Program-made: the position numbers and the translations under genes
Notes under the pieces: generated by a model
What the model was told of the DNA's origin: nothing
Database searches by the model: none
The model's input: only the letters and a program-made list of their open reading frames with translations
From: Mycobacteriales bacterium
GTDB taxonomy: Bacteria > Actinomycetota > Actinomycetes > DATLTS01
Length of the DNA stretch: 64,000 nucleotides
Assembly: GCA_035533475.1 (NCBI GenBank)
Contig: DATLTS010000046.1
Coordinates: 2,229-66,228, forward strand
Direction: 5' to 3'
Part shown: positions 42,439 to 51,700 of the stretch, piece by piece
Position numbering within the stretch: position 1 is the stretch's first letter
Layout: the number at the start of each line of letters is the position of its first letter

Positions 42439-43610
42439 TGAGCCATGGACCGCTCGGTGGCATCACCGTGCTCGATCTGTCCAGTGTGGGTCCGGCCGCC
42501 CGTGCGTCCCGCTGGCTGAGCGACTACGGCGCCGCCGTGGTCAAGGTCGGTCCGGTCCCGACCGTCCGGGGCCCAGGTGTCCAGATCGTCCCTCCGTTCC
42601 ACGCCTACAGCGGCCAGCGGGGTATCCGCCGGACCCTGATCGATCTCAAGGCGAGCGAGGGTCGGGCGGTCTTTCTCCGGCTGACCGCGCGGGCCGACGT
42701 GATCATCGAAAGTTTCCGACCAGGCGTGGCGGACCGGCTGGGCATCGGCTACGACGACGTCAAGGGCCGCAACCCACGGATCGTGTACTGCTCAACTTCG
42801 GGCTACGGCCAGCACGGACCACGGTCGCAGTGGGCCGGACACGATCTCAACTACCTAGCCGTCGCTGGGTTCCTCCACACCTCCGGGCGTGGCCCGGACG
42901 GCAGGCCTGTACTCCCTGGAGCCACCGTGGCTGACAGCGCGGGTGGCGGATTGCACGCGGTCACCGCGATCCTCGCCAGCCTGGTGGCTCGCGCCCAAAC
43001 CGGCGAAGGCTGCTACCTCGACGTTTCGATCGCCGACGGAGTGCTCGCGTTGATGGCGCTCCAGGTCGACGAATATCTCGCGGTTGGCCGTTCCCCCGAG
43101 CCCGGTTCCGGACTGCTTACCGGCCGTTACGCCTGTTACGACACCTACCGCACGAGTGACGGTGGATGGTTGGCGGTCGCCGCGATCGAGCCTCGGTTCT
43201 GGGCCAACTTGTGCCGGACGCTCGGTCTGGAGAAGTGGATCAACCATCAGACCGACGACGCGGTGCAAGACGATGTGCGGCGCGACCTGGCTGCGGTCTT
43301 GGCAGGCCGGAGTCGGCTGGACTGGGAGACCGACTTGGCGGGCGCCGACACCTGTATCGCGGCTGTCCGCCCGGTCGAGGAGGTAGTGGTCGACGAACAC
43401 TTCAGTGCGCGCGGCGCGGTCATCGAAGCGCAGCATCCAAGCCACGGCGCCCTCCGCCAACTCGGACCGCTGCTAGCCGGCGCGCCACGCGCCGAACAGC
43501 CGGTCGTGTTGCCCGACCCCGCGACCACTGACACAGACGAACTGCTCAGCGCCGCTGGGTACACCGCGAGCGATTGTCGGGAGCTGCGGGCGAAGGGGGT
43601 CGTCGGGTGA
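42438..43610 (+). CDS. CoA-transferase family III (CaiB/BaiF-like)
   Basis: LGGITVLDLSSVGPAARASRWLSDYGAAVVKV..., the family III N-terminal motif. ATG overlaps the previous stop. Confidence 0.85.
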   Translation: MSHGPLGGITVLDLSSVGPAARASRWLSDYGAAVVKVGPVPTVRGPGVQIVPPFHAYSGQRGIRRTLIDLKASEGRAVFLRLTARADVIIESFRPGVADRLGIGYDDVKGRNPRIVYCSTSGYGQHGPRSQWAGHDLNYLAVAGFLHTSGRGPDGRPVLPGATVADSAGGGLHAVTAILASLVARAQTGEGCYLDVSIADGVLALMALQVDEYLAVGRSPEPGSGLLTGRYACYDTYRTSDGGWLAVAAIEPRFWANLCRTLGLEKWINHQTDDAVQDDVRRDLAAVLAGRSRLDWETDLAGADTCIAAVRPVEEVVVDEHFSARGAVIEAQHPSHGALRQLGPLLAGAPRAEQPVVLPDPATTDTDELLSAAGYTASDCRELRAKGVVG

Positions 43611-44122
43611 CCGGCACAGACCTGCCACCGGGCGTCACCACGCTGATCGACGTCGTGCAGTACGAACAGGCCGCCGATTTTCCGGTCGAACGCGGCTACG
43701 TGTGGACGTGCTGCGCGTCGGTCGAGAACGGCAATCCGCTCTACTGGGACGACGCGGTGGCCGCTGAAGTCACCGGCGGCCCGATAGCCCCGCCGTCGAT
43801 GCTCTCCGCGTGGTTTCGCCCCCACCATTGGACTCCCGGCCAGACCAAGGCAGCCCTGCCGCTCCAGGTGCACTTCGACCTCAAGGAGCTGCTCGGGTTG
43901 CCGGAGGCGGTCATGACCGACAACTCGATGGTCTTCTATGACCCCGTACGGCCGGGGGATCTTCTGGTCACCGGCCAGCGGCTGCGCTCGGTCGGCCCGG
44001 AGAAACGGACCTCGCTGGGCACCGGTCGCTTCTGGGTCATCGACGTGGAGTACCGCAATCAGCGTGGCGAGCTCGTCGGTATCGAGTCCTACACCGGATT
44101 CGGCTACCGGAGGTCGGCATGA
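43607..44122 (+). CDS. Hotdog-fold protein, MaoC N-terminal-like (ChsH-type partner)
   Basis: Small hotdog-fold protein translationally coupled (GTGA / ATGA overlaps) to the following MaoC dehydratase. Confidence 0.65.
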   Translation: MTGTDLPPGVTTLIDVVQYEQAADFPVERGYVWTCCASVENGNPLYWDDAVAAEVTGGPIAPPSMLSAWFRPHHWTPGQTKAALPLQVHFDLKELLGLPEAVMTDNSMVFYDPVRPGDLLVTGQRLRSVGPEKRTSLGTGRFWVIDVEYRNQRGELVGIESYTGFGYRRSA

Positions 44123-44604
44123 GCCCGGGCGCCGGCCAGTTGATGCTCCCGGACGTCCGCGCCGGCGACCGCCTGCCCGACCTGACCCATGACGTCAGCG
44201 CGACGACAATCGTGCTCGGCGCCCTTGCCAGCCGGGACTGGCGCCCGATGCACCACGACCACGACTTCGCGGTCAACCGCAATGGCACCCGCGACATCTT
44301 CATGAACACTCCCAACCAAGCCGCCTGGTTCGAGCGCTACCTCACCGACTGGAGTGGGCCCCTCGGCAGGCTCGGTCGGCTGCGCTTCCGGATGCGTGAG
44401 TCGGTCTTTCCCGGGGACACGATGGTGCTCTCCGGGATCGTCCGCGCCGTCGAGCGGGATGAGGTCGGGTGCGGCTGGGCAGAGCTCGACGTGACGCTCT
44501 CCGCAGGCGGGCGGACCTGCACCGAGTGCCTCGCCCGGATCGCCCTCCCCGACGCAGACGACGACAACCCCTGGGCCCGCCGTGGCCCCCGCTGGCAGCC
44601 GTGA
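44119..44604 (+). CDS. MaoC-like (R)-specific enoyl-CoA hydratase
   Basis: MaoC dehydratase motifs (RDWRPMHHDHDFA, GDTM). Confidence 0.75.
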   Translation: MSPGAGQLMLPDVRAGDRLPDLTHDVSATTIVLGALASRDWRPMHHDHDFAVNRNGTRDIFMNTPNQAAWFERYLTDWSGPLGRLGRLRFRMRESVFPGDTMVLSGIVRAVERDEVGCGWAELDVTLSAGGRTCTECLARIALPDADDDNPWARRGPRWQP

Positions 44605-44618
44605 GCTGAGGAGCTGGC

Positions 44619-45737
44619 ATGGACCTGGATCTCACCTCCGAGCAGGAGCTGCTGCGAGAATCAGTGCGGCGAATCTGCGCCCGGCACGCCGGACTCGACG
44701 TGGTTCGCAAGATGGAGAACGACCCGATCGGGTACCCGCCACAGCTGTGGGCGCAGCTCGCCGACTCCGGGCTGATCGGTCTCACTCTCCCCGATCGCTG
44801 GGGCGGCTCCGCCATGACCCTGCTCGAGGCAGCTCTGGTCTACGGGGAGTTCGGCCGATCTCTGGCCCCGTCGCCGCACTTCGTGAGCTCCGTGCTGTGC
44901 GGAGGTGTGCTCGCGCGCGGCGGGACGGATGAGCAACGCGAGCGTTTCCTGCCCGGGATCGCTGACGGTTCGGCCGTCTGGTCCGTCGCCTGGCTCGAGC
45001 CCGCGGGTGGGTTCGGCCCGCGCGGGATCGGCCTCCGCGCCGAAGCCGAGGGGGACGGATGGCGACTGGATGGCGTCAAGCGGCACGTTGCCTACGCGAC
45101 GGCAGCCGACCGGCTGCTCGTCCTCGCCGAAACCGCAGATGGGATCACCCTGTTCGTCGTCGACCCGAGCTCCCCCGGGGTCAGCCTCACTCAACAGCTG
45201 TCGGTGGCGTCGGACACCCAGTACCGGGTGGAGTTCGCCGCAGCCACCGTCCCCGCCGACGCCGTCGTCGGGGCACCGGGCGCCGGCTGGGCGATCTGGG
45301 AAGAGGTCGCACCCGCGGCGATGATCCTGTTGGCGGCGCAAGCCGTCGGCGGAGCCCGCCGCTCCCTCGAGCTCGCGGTCGACTACGCCGCGACCCGACG
45401 CCAGTTCGACAAGCCGCTCGGCGCCTTCCAGGCGATCGCGCACTACCTCGCGGACGCAACCACCGCGGTCGACGGCGCCGAGACGCTGGTCTGGGAGGCG
45501 GCCTGGGCTGCTTCAGCCGGGCGTTCGACGGCCCGGCTGGCGCCGATGGCGAAGTTGTTCGCCTGTCAGACATTCCGCGACGTCACCGCCATGGCGCAGC
45601 AGATCTTCGGCGGCGTCGGCTTCGCCCTCGAATTCGACGTCCAGCTGTTCTTTCGCCGCGCCAAGGCTCTCCAGGTCGCCTGGTGGGACGGCCGCTACCT
45701 CGAGGAGCTCATCGCTGCCGAGGTGCTCGACGCGTAG
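44619..45737 (+). CDS. Acyl-CoA dehydrogenase
   Basis: ACAD fold (QIFGGVGFALEFDVQLFFRRAKAL). Confidence 0.85.
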   Translation: MDLDLTSEQELLRESVRRICARHAGLDVVRKMENDPIGYPPQLWAQLADSGLIGLTLPDRWGGSAMTLLEAALVYGEFGRSLAPSPHFVSSVLCGGVLARGGTDEQRERFLPGIADGSAVWSVAWLEPAGGFGPRGIGLRAEAEGDGWRLDGVKRHVAYATAADRLLVLAETADGITLFVVDPSSPGVSLTQQLSVASDTQYRVEFAAATVPADAVVGAPGAGWAIWEEVAPAAMILLAAQAVGGARRSLELAVDYAATRRQFDKPLGAFQAIAHYLADATTAVDGAETLVWEAAWAASAGRSTARLAPMAKLFACQTFRDVTAMAQQIFGGVGFALEFDVQLFFRRAKALQVAWWDGRYLEELIAAEVLDA

Positions 45738-45765
45738 CGCCAGCGCCCCCAGCAAGATCAAACTG

Positions 45766-45838
45766 CTCGAGTGTGCAATTTCCGACAGCGCCCATGCGGG
45801 GATCTGTCGAAAGACCGTCGGAAATTGCACACTCGTGC
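45766..45838. promoter_or_regulatory. Long perfect inverted repeat (18-21 bp arms, ~28 nt spacer): candidate operator or terminator between the fadE gene and the WXG100 operon
   Basis: cgagtgtgcaatttccgacag ... ctgtcggaaattgcacactcg, read directly from the sequence. Confidence 0.6.
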
Positions 45839-46013
45839 AGGCAATCCGGCCGGCGGAGGGACCGAGGCGGCGTCCCGGCCGAGCTGTTGGTCCGATTCGT
45901 CCGGCGGGCGCCCGGGCGGCGCATCCGAACGACGGGCCAGCGGGCACATGAGTCTCGGCGAACCGCTTTCCGGGCGGCGGGGCCTGGTCTAGTCTGCGAT
46001 CGAGGCGCCCGAT

Positions 46014-46040
46014 CGGCGGGCGCTCCGAGCGCCCGCCGGA
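46014..46040. promoter_or_regulatory. GC-rich 12-bp palindrome cggcgggcgctc-cg-gagcgcccgccg ~30 nt upstream of the WXG100 start
   Basis: Perfect palindrome read directly. It is followed by a gggga RBS-like stretch and the ATG at 46072. Confidence 0.5.
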
Positions 46041-46071
46041 GCTTGCCCGGTCGGGAGTTGAGGGGACCGCG

Positions 46072-46368
46072 ATGGCCATGATCAAAGTCACGTCCGAGGA
46101 TCTGCAGAGCGCATCCGGCACGCTGATGCAGGGCTCGAACGAGATCAGCGACCGCCTGACGAGCATGAAGAACCTCGTGACGAATCTCGTCGGCGGCGAC
46201 TGGCAGGGCGCCGCGTCGGGCAAGTTCAACGAACTGTTCGACCAGTGGAACGTCTCGGCGGCCGACCTGCAGCGGGCCCTAAGCGGGATCTCCCAACTGC
46301 TGGGCAACGCGGCCAGCGCCTACGCCGAGACGGAGAGCCAAATCGCGCAGTCGATGAACCAGGGCTGA
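46072..46368 (+). CDS. WXG100-family protein (ESAT-6/EsxA-like type VII secretion substrate)
   Basis: 98 aa, helical hairpin with a central W-x-G motif (LVGGDWQGAASGKFNELFDQW). N-terminus reads MAMIKVTSEDLQSASGTLMQGSNEI, typical of Esx proteins. Confidence 0.85.
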   Translation: MAMIKVTSEDLQSASGTLMQGSNEISDRLTSMKNLVTNLVGGDWQGAASGKFNELFDQWNVSAADLQRALSGISQLLGNAASAYAETESQIAQSMNQG

Positions 46369-46396
46369 GCCGGGCACCAGAGGCAAGGGAGACCAG

Positions 46397-46690
46397 GTGC
46401 GCTTCACCGTCGACCCGGAAGGGCTCGCCGCCTTGCACGACCAGCTGGTGGGCATCCAGGCCGACATGCAGAACATCGGCTCGTTCACCGGGAACCACGA
46501 TCCGCTGGACCTCGGCACGAATGATGACGTGTTCAACAGCCTGCAGAACTTCTACAACCAGTGGTCCAACGGGCTGTCCATCGTCACCGACGACATGACG
46601 GCGATCGTGGAGTCCCTCGCGACCGCGGCCGAGGGCTACGCGAAGACTGAGAACTCGATCGTGACAGCGGAAACCCCGAAGGGTTCATAG
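46397..46690 (+). CDS. Small helical partner protein (97 aa), WXG100-like size but lacking a WXG motif
   Basis: Good RBS (caagggagacc) upstream. Tightly linked between the WXG100 gene and the large WXG-domain protein. Predicted helical. Confidence 0.5.
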   Translation: MRFTVDPEGLAALHDQLVGIQADMQNIGSFTGNHDPLDLGTNDDVFNSLQNFYNQWSNGLSIVTDDMTAIVESLATAAEGYAKTENSIVTAETPKGS

Positions 46691-46694
46691 TTCG

Positions 46695-48146
46695 ATGCCC
46701 CGATGGCTGACCATTCTCGGTCAGAATTTCTCGCTGCCCGATCCCGACGTCGTCGAGGAGATCTCGCGCCAGTTCCGGCAGATCTCCGATAACCTGGAGC
46801 AGTCCGGCACGCGCCTCACCAAGCTCGGACCCACCCACGACTGGGGTCATTGGTCCGGCTCCGCCGCGGACGCGTTCGAGCAGAAGCTCGGGCCGCTGCC
46901 TGGTGACCTGAATCAGGCATCCGGCTCCTTCGGCAAGGTCGCTTGGGCGCTGTGGGAGTACGGCAACACGCTGCGCGACGTCATCACCTCCATCCAGACG
47001 CTCGCCGGGCATGTCGACGATGCCCAGTCCGAGCTCTCGTCCATCCAGGCCGCGGCCGCCGCTAATACCGACCCCACCCAGCAACGCGCCTGGCAGGACA
47101 AGATCACCCAGGCACAGCAGGCAGTTGCCTCGCACGCGACGCGGCTCCAGCAGTTGCGGGACGACCTGGATTCGGCAGCGCACCTCGTCGAGGGTCGGAT
47201 CCAGGACGCCATCAACATCGGCATCACCGGCTTCAGCTCGTTCGGCCGGCACTGGATCGGTCGAACTCAGAACGCGGTTGGTGAGGTTGCTGGCTTCGTC
47301 GTGCATCCGATCGAGGATCTACCCGGGGCCATCGCCGCCGAGTGGAATCACCCGTCATGGCAGAACCTGGCTCGGGTGGTGGGTGACGTCGCGGGCATCG
47401 TTGGACTAGTCGCTCTGGTCATTCCCGGGCTGGGCGAGGCGCTCATGGTTGTGTCGATGGGCCTCGATGCCGGCAAGCTCGCCCTGGACACGGGGGCGGT
47501 TGTCAGCGGGGAAACACACAGCTGGGGCAACGTCGCCCTCGACGGAATCTCGTTGGCCCTCGATGGCACGGCACTGCACGCGAGCGGGGCGGCCGAAGGT
47601 GAGACTGTGGCCAACGATGCGCTCGGCGCCGGCCAGTCGGATCTGAACCAGGCCGTCCGGGCCAACGTGAAGGCACAGAGCAGCCTGTCTCGGGCGATCG
47701 CGAGCGGACGTTCCGACGGACTGATCGCATCTCTGCGCGACGGCGCCGACGGGTCACTGGTGCATCTCGAGTCGATGCGCAACAAGGTGTCGATGCTCGA
47801 CGACGCCCGGACGGCGGCACAGACGGGTGCCGGCGCCTGGCGGACCGGGTTCCGCAGCTCGCTGAAATTCGACTTCGGCGGGGTCGGCGAAACGTATCAG
47901 GCGTGGCGGCACCTCCAGTGGAACACGCTCGCCCGCAGGTATCTCGGTGAATTCACCGGCGTGGACCTCTCCGGGGCTGTGCACAGCGCAGGTGTCGTTC
48001 GGATCGAAAACCTGAACTTCGCCGTGCATCAGCTCCGAGCTGCGAGCGGCGGCATGGTCGGGGGCGACGATAACTTCTCTGCTGTCCTTGGAGATCCGCT
48101 CGCGGGCCTCCGCGCTCTCGGAGTCAAGGTGGGGGCCGCATCATGA
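46695..48146 (+). CDS. Large WXG-like N-terminal domain protein (483 aa): candidate T7SS effector/polymorphic toxin with central hydrophobic hairpin
   Basis: N-terminal ~100 aa mimic a WXG100 fold with a W-x-G motif (THDWGHWSGSAADAFEQKL). A hydrophobic segment follows (VAGIVGLVALVIPGLGEALMVVSMGL). The C-terminal ~200-aa domain has no recognisable family. It begins 5 nt after the previous gene. Confidence 0.65.
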   Translation: MPRWLTILGQNFSLPDPDVVEEISRQFRQISDNLEQSGTRLTKLGPTHDWGHWSGSAADAFEQKLGPLPGDLNQASGSFGKVAWALWEYGNTLRDVITSIQTLAGHVDDAQSELSSIQAAAAANTDPTQQRAWQDKITQAQQAVASHATRLQQLRDDLDSAAHLVEGRIQDAINIGITGFSSFGRHWIGRTQNAVGEVAGFVVHPIEDLPGAIAAEWNHPSWQNLARVVGDVAGIVGLVALVIPGLGEALMVVSMGLDAGKLALDTGAVVSGETHSWGNVALDGISLALDGTALHASGAAEGETVANDALGAGQSDLNQAVRANVKAQSSLSRAIASGRSDGLIASLRDGADGSLVHLESMRNKVSMLDDARTAAQTGAGAWRTGFRSSLKFDFGGVGETYQAWRHLQWNTLARRYLGEFTGVDLSGAVHSAGVVRIENLNFAVHQLRAASGGMVGGDDNFSAVLGDPLAGLRALGVKVGAAS

Positions 48147-48787
48147 CCGCAACGACGCACATCGCACCGAGCGGGATCCGGCTGGCGACACCCGGGGACT
48201 GGTTCGAGGTGCCGACCTCCGAAGACCCCTCCGAGATCGCACGTCAGGTAGACGCACTGGTCGTCTCCCGGCCCGGGCTTGAAGGGCAGCGCGAGGTGCT
48301 CACCGGGCTGCTCGGCGTCCTCGGGGCCACGGCCGCAGCGAGCCGTGCCCTATGCGTGCGGGCAGTGCTCGTCGACGCTCCCGGTGGCCAGCTGCCGGCC
48401 TTTCTCATGGCCTCTATCGGGGAGGCGCCCGCGGGCGGTGTGGCGGCTATCCCCGGGGAAGACGCTTCTTGGCTGAGCCGGACCTTCGATTTGCCGATGG
48501 GCCCGACGGTCCGTCTCGAGGGGGTCGGCGAAACCCCCCGTGGTGCCGACGGCGGCGCAGTGGCCGTTTCACTCGTGCAGTACCACGCTGCCGTTCCGAG
48601 CACCGACCGGCTGCTCAGCCTGGTGTTTTTCACACCCGCGCTAGGGCTGATGGACACCGTGCTACGGGAGATCTTCCACGGCATCGCCTGCAGCGTCGAG
48701 TTCGAGGCCGACAACCCGGACCCCGAAGGTACGGCCGCGATGGCGCCGACCCATGGGCGTTCCGCCCCGGACGGCCTGACCTCCTGA
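48143..48787 (+). CDS. Hypothetical cytoplasmic protein (214 aa): candidate cognate immunity protein/chaperone
   Basis: Start overlaps the stop of the candidate effector (ATGA), and its stop overlaps the eccC start. No transmembrane segment and no known family. Confidence 0.5.
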   Translation: MTATTHIAPSGIRLATPGDWFEVPTSEDPSEIARQVDALVVSRPGLEGQREVLTGLLGVLGATAAASRALCVRAVLVDAPGGQLPAFLMASIGEAPAGGVAAIPGEDASWLSRTFDLPMGPTVRLEGVGETPRGADGGAVAVSLVQYHAAVPSTDRLLSLVFFTPALGLMDTVLREIFHGIACSVEFEADNPDPEGTAAMAPTHGRSAPDGLTS

Positions 48788-51700
48788 TGCGGCTCACGAT
48801 CACCCTGCGCTCCGCGGAGGCATCTCGTCATCTGGCAGTAGACACCCAGCCCGGAACCACCCTCGCCGACTTGCTCGAGGCCGCCGGTGCCAGCGGCGCT
48901 GTTGCGGTGAACGGCAGGGCGGCGCAGCCCAAGACCTTGCTTAGCCATATTCCGGTTCGTGACGGAACTGTGCTCGATGTTGGTCGCCGGCGCCCTGCCA
49001 CCCGCCGTGCGGACCCGGGCGCCCTGGCCCTACTCGTAGCAGGGGGGCCGGCGGCCGGGCACAGCCTGCCACTGGCCGAAGGAACGCATCCTCTCGGACG
49101 CACCGAACCCCTGCCGCTGGACGATCCGGACGTGTCCCGTCGCCATGCCCAGCTGGTGGTCACCCCCGACCATTCCCTCGCCTTGACCGACCTCGGCTCG
49201 CTGAATGGCACCCGCGTGCAGGAGCAACCGGTGGCCGGCACGCACCTGCTACGCCCCGGCGACCTGATCCGGATGGGGCAGTCCGCGCTCATAGTGGCGA
49301 TGGCACCGACGGCGGACGCGGCCATGACCGAAGGCGACGGGGGCCGGCTCCGGTACAGCCGTCCACCGAGGATCCGGGTGGGAGCGGCCGGGACCAAAGT
49401 GGACCTGCCGGCACCGCCCGGGGAAACCGACCGCGCGCCGATTCCGGTTCTGGCCATCCTGGCCCCAGTGGCTATCGGGGTGATGATGGCCCTGCTGCTG
49501 CACCAGATCACCTACCTAGCCTTCACCGCCCTGTCGCCGGTGATGGCCATCGGCAACGTGGTGTCCGATCGGCGCCGCGGCCGGGTCGGTCACCGCCAGA
49601 GAATGGTCGAGTTCGAGGCGCGTCGCTCCGCCGCCCTGGCTACCGCGCGCACCGCCCAGGAAACCGAGCTTGGTCGTTTGCGCTACGACCATCCCGATCC
49701 GGCCACCGCGCTGCTCATTGCGACCGGCCCGAGCAGCCGATTGTGGGAGCGGCAACGCCACGACGATGACTTCCTCACGCTGCGCATCGGCACCGCCGAG
49801 ATCCCCGCGTCGGTGGAGGTCCGGCAAACGGCGCCGCCCACCGAAACGGTGTCCCGGGTCACCCGGTTGCCAGAAGCGCCCGTGGTCGTGCCGGTGACGA
49901 GTTGCGGCGCGGTGGGTCTGACCGGCCCTGCGACGCTGGTCCGGGCGCTCGCTCGGGCGATGCTGCTGACGGCCGCAGTCCTGCATAGCCCACGTGAACT
50001 CACCATCACCTTGTTGACCCTCGACGAGGCTCGTGCCGACTGGGAGTGGCTGCGCTGGCTCCCGCACACACGCTTCCCTGACTCCGCTGCCGCCGGTTCC
50101 CGAATCGGCAACGACGAGGTCACAGTGACAAACAGGGTTAGTGAACTGGCCGCACTGATCGATGCGCGCCGTGCGGCTGTCCCGCCTGGTCAGAAGCCGA
50201 CGCTGCCGGCAACCGCCGATCTGGTGGTCGTAGACAACTCCTATCGGGTGCGACTCGAAACCGCGCTGGGCCCACTGCTGCACGCCGGGCCGGGTGTCGG
50301 TGTCTACTTCCTCTGCCTGGATGACACGGCCGCCCGGCTGCCCGAGGAATGCGCATCCGTCGTGGAGATCCGCGATGCGCCGGATGGTCCGCTGGCCCAA
50401 CTCCGCCGGAGCGGGCACCAACCGGTAGAGCAAATCGTGCCGGACCGGGTTACTCCCGACGTGTGCGAGGAGCTGGCTCGTTCCATCGCCCCCGTGATCG
50501 ATGCCGGTGGCGTCGAGACCCAGGCGGCGTTGCCCGGATCGGTGCGCTTCCTCGAGCTGGCCGGTCTCGAGCCGCCGACCTCGGAGGCGATCCTCGCGGG
50601 CTGGTCCGGCGGCGGTCGGACCACCCGAGCGCTGCTCGGCGTTGGCGCGGACGGTCCGGCAATTCTCGACCTGGCTCAGGGACCGCACGTCCTCATCGGC
50701 GGCACCACCGGGTCGGGCAAGAGCGAACTGTTGCAAACCCTGGTGGCCTCGCTCGCGGTCGCAAACCGCCCGGACGCGATGAACTTCGTGCTCGTCGACT
50801 ACAAGGGGGGGGCGGCGTTCCGCGGATGCGCCCAGCTGCCGCACACCGTCGGCATGCTCACCGACCTCGACGCCTTCCTCGTCGAGCGGGCGCTCACCTC
50901 GCTGCGTGCCGAACTTCAGCGTCGCAAGGCCCTCCTCGACGCCGCAGACAAGACCAACGTCTCCCGATACTGGGAAGCCCTGCCTTCGATGCCCGGCGCA
51001 GACCCCATGCCACGGCTCGTCGTAGTTGTCGACGAGTTCGCGGTGATGGCCGAGCAGTTGCCGGAACTGCTCAAGTCCCTCGTCGAGATCGCCGCGCAGG
51101 GTCGCTCGCTCGGCGTGCATCTCGTGCTGGCCACGCAGCGCCCGGCGGGCGTGGTCAACGCCGAGATGCGAGCGAACATCAACTTGCGCATCGCGTTGCG
51201 GGTGGCGTCCATTGACGACAGCATGGACGTGATCGGCGGTCCGGAGGCGGCCCGGATCCCGGCCGAAGGCACCGCCGGACGTTGCCTCGTGCGGACCGGC
51301 ACCAGCCGACCGGTCCCCCTGCAGGCCGCGCGAGTCGGGGGCCTGCGGCCCGGAGCCCACGCGGTTAGCGCCAGTGTCGGCGTCGTGCCTGTGGACTGGC
51401 TCGACGTCGGCCGGCCACCGGCCGGCGCGCCGCCCGACAGCTACGACCCGGCGGATCCCACTGATCTGTCCACCTTGGTGACCGCGGTCGCCGAAGCCGG
51501 GAGTCGGCTTGGCACAGCGCGGCCACGCTCACCCTGGCAGCCGCCGCTGCCGACCGCCCTCCCGCTGTCGTCGCTGGCGCCGTCCGACCAGGATCTCGCC
51601 ATCGTCTACGGCCTTGAGGACCTGCCGTCCCGGCAACAGCAGCGTCCCGCCGTACACGACCTACGCCGTGCCGGGCACCTGCTGGTAGCTGGTGCCCCCA

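Noticed and set aside
45758-45992. Two overlapping 60-73-aa ORFs in the fadE-WXG100 intergenic region
   Set aside because: They coincide with the long inverted repeat and are more likely a structured regulatory region than coding.
49516-51360. 614-aa minus-strand ORF inside eccC
   Set aside because: Shadow ORF; eccC motifs on the plus strand are conclusive.
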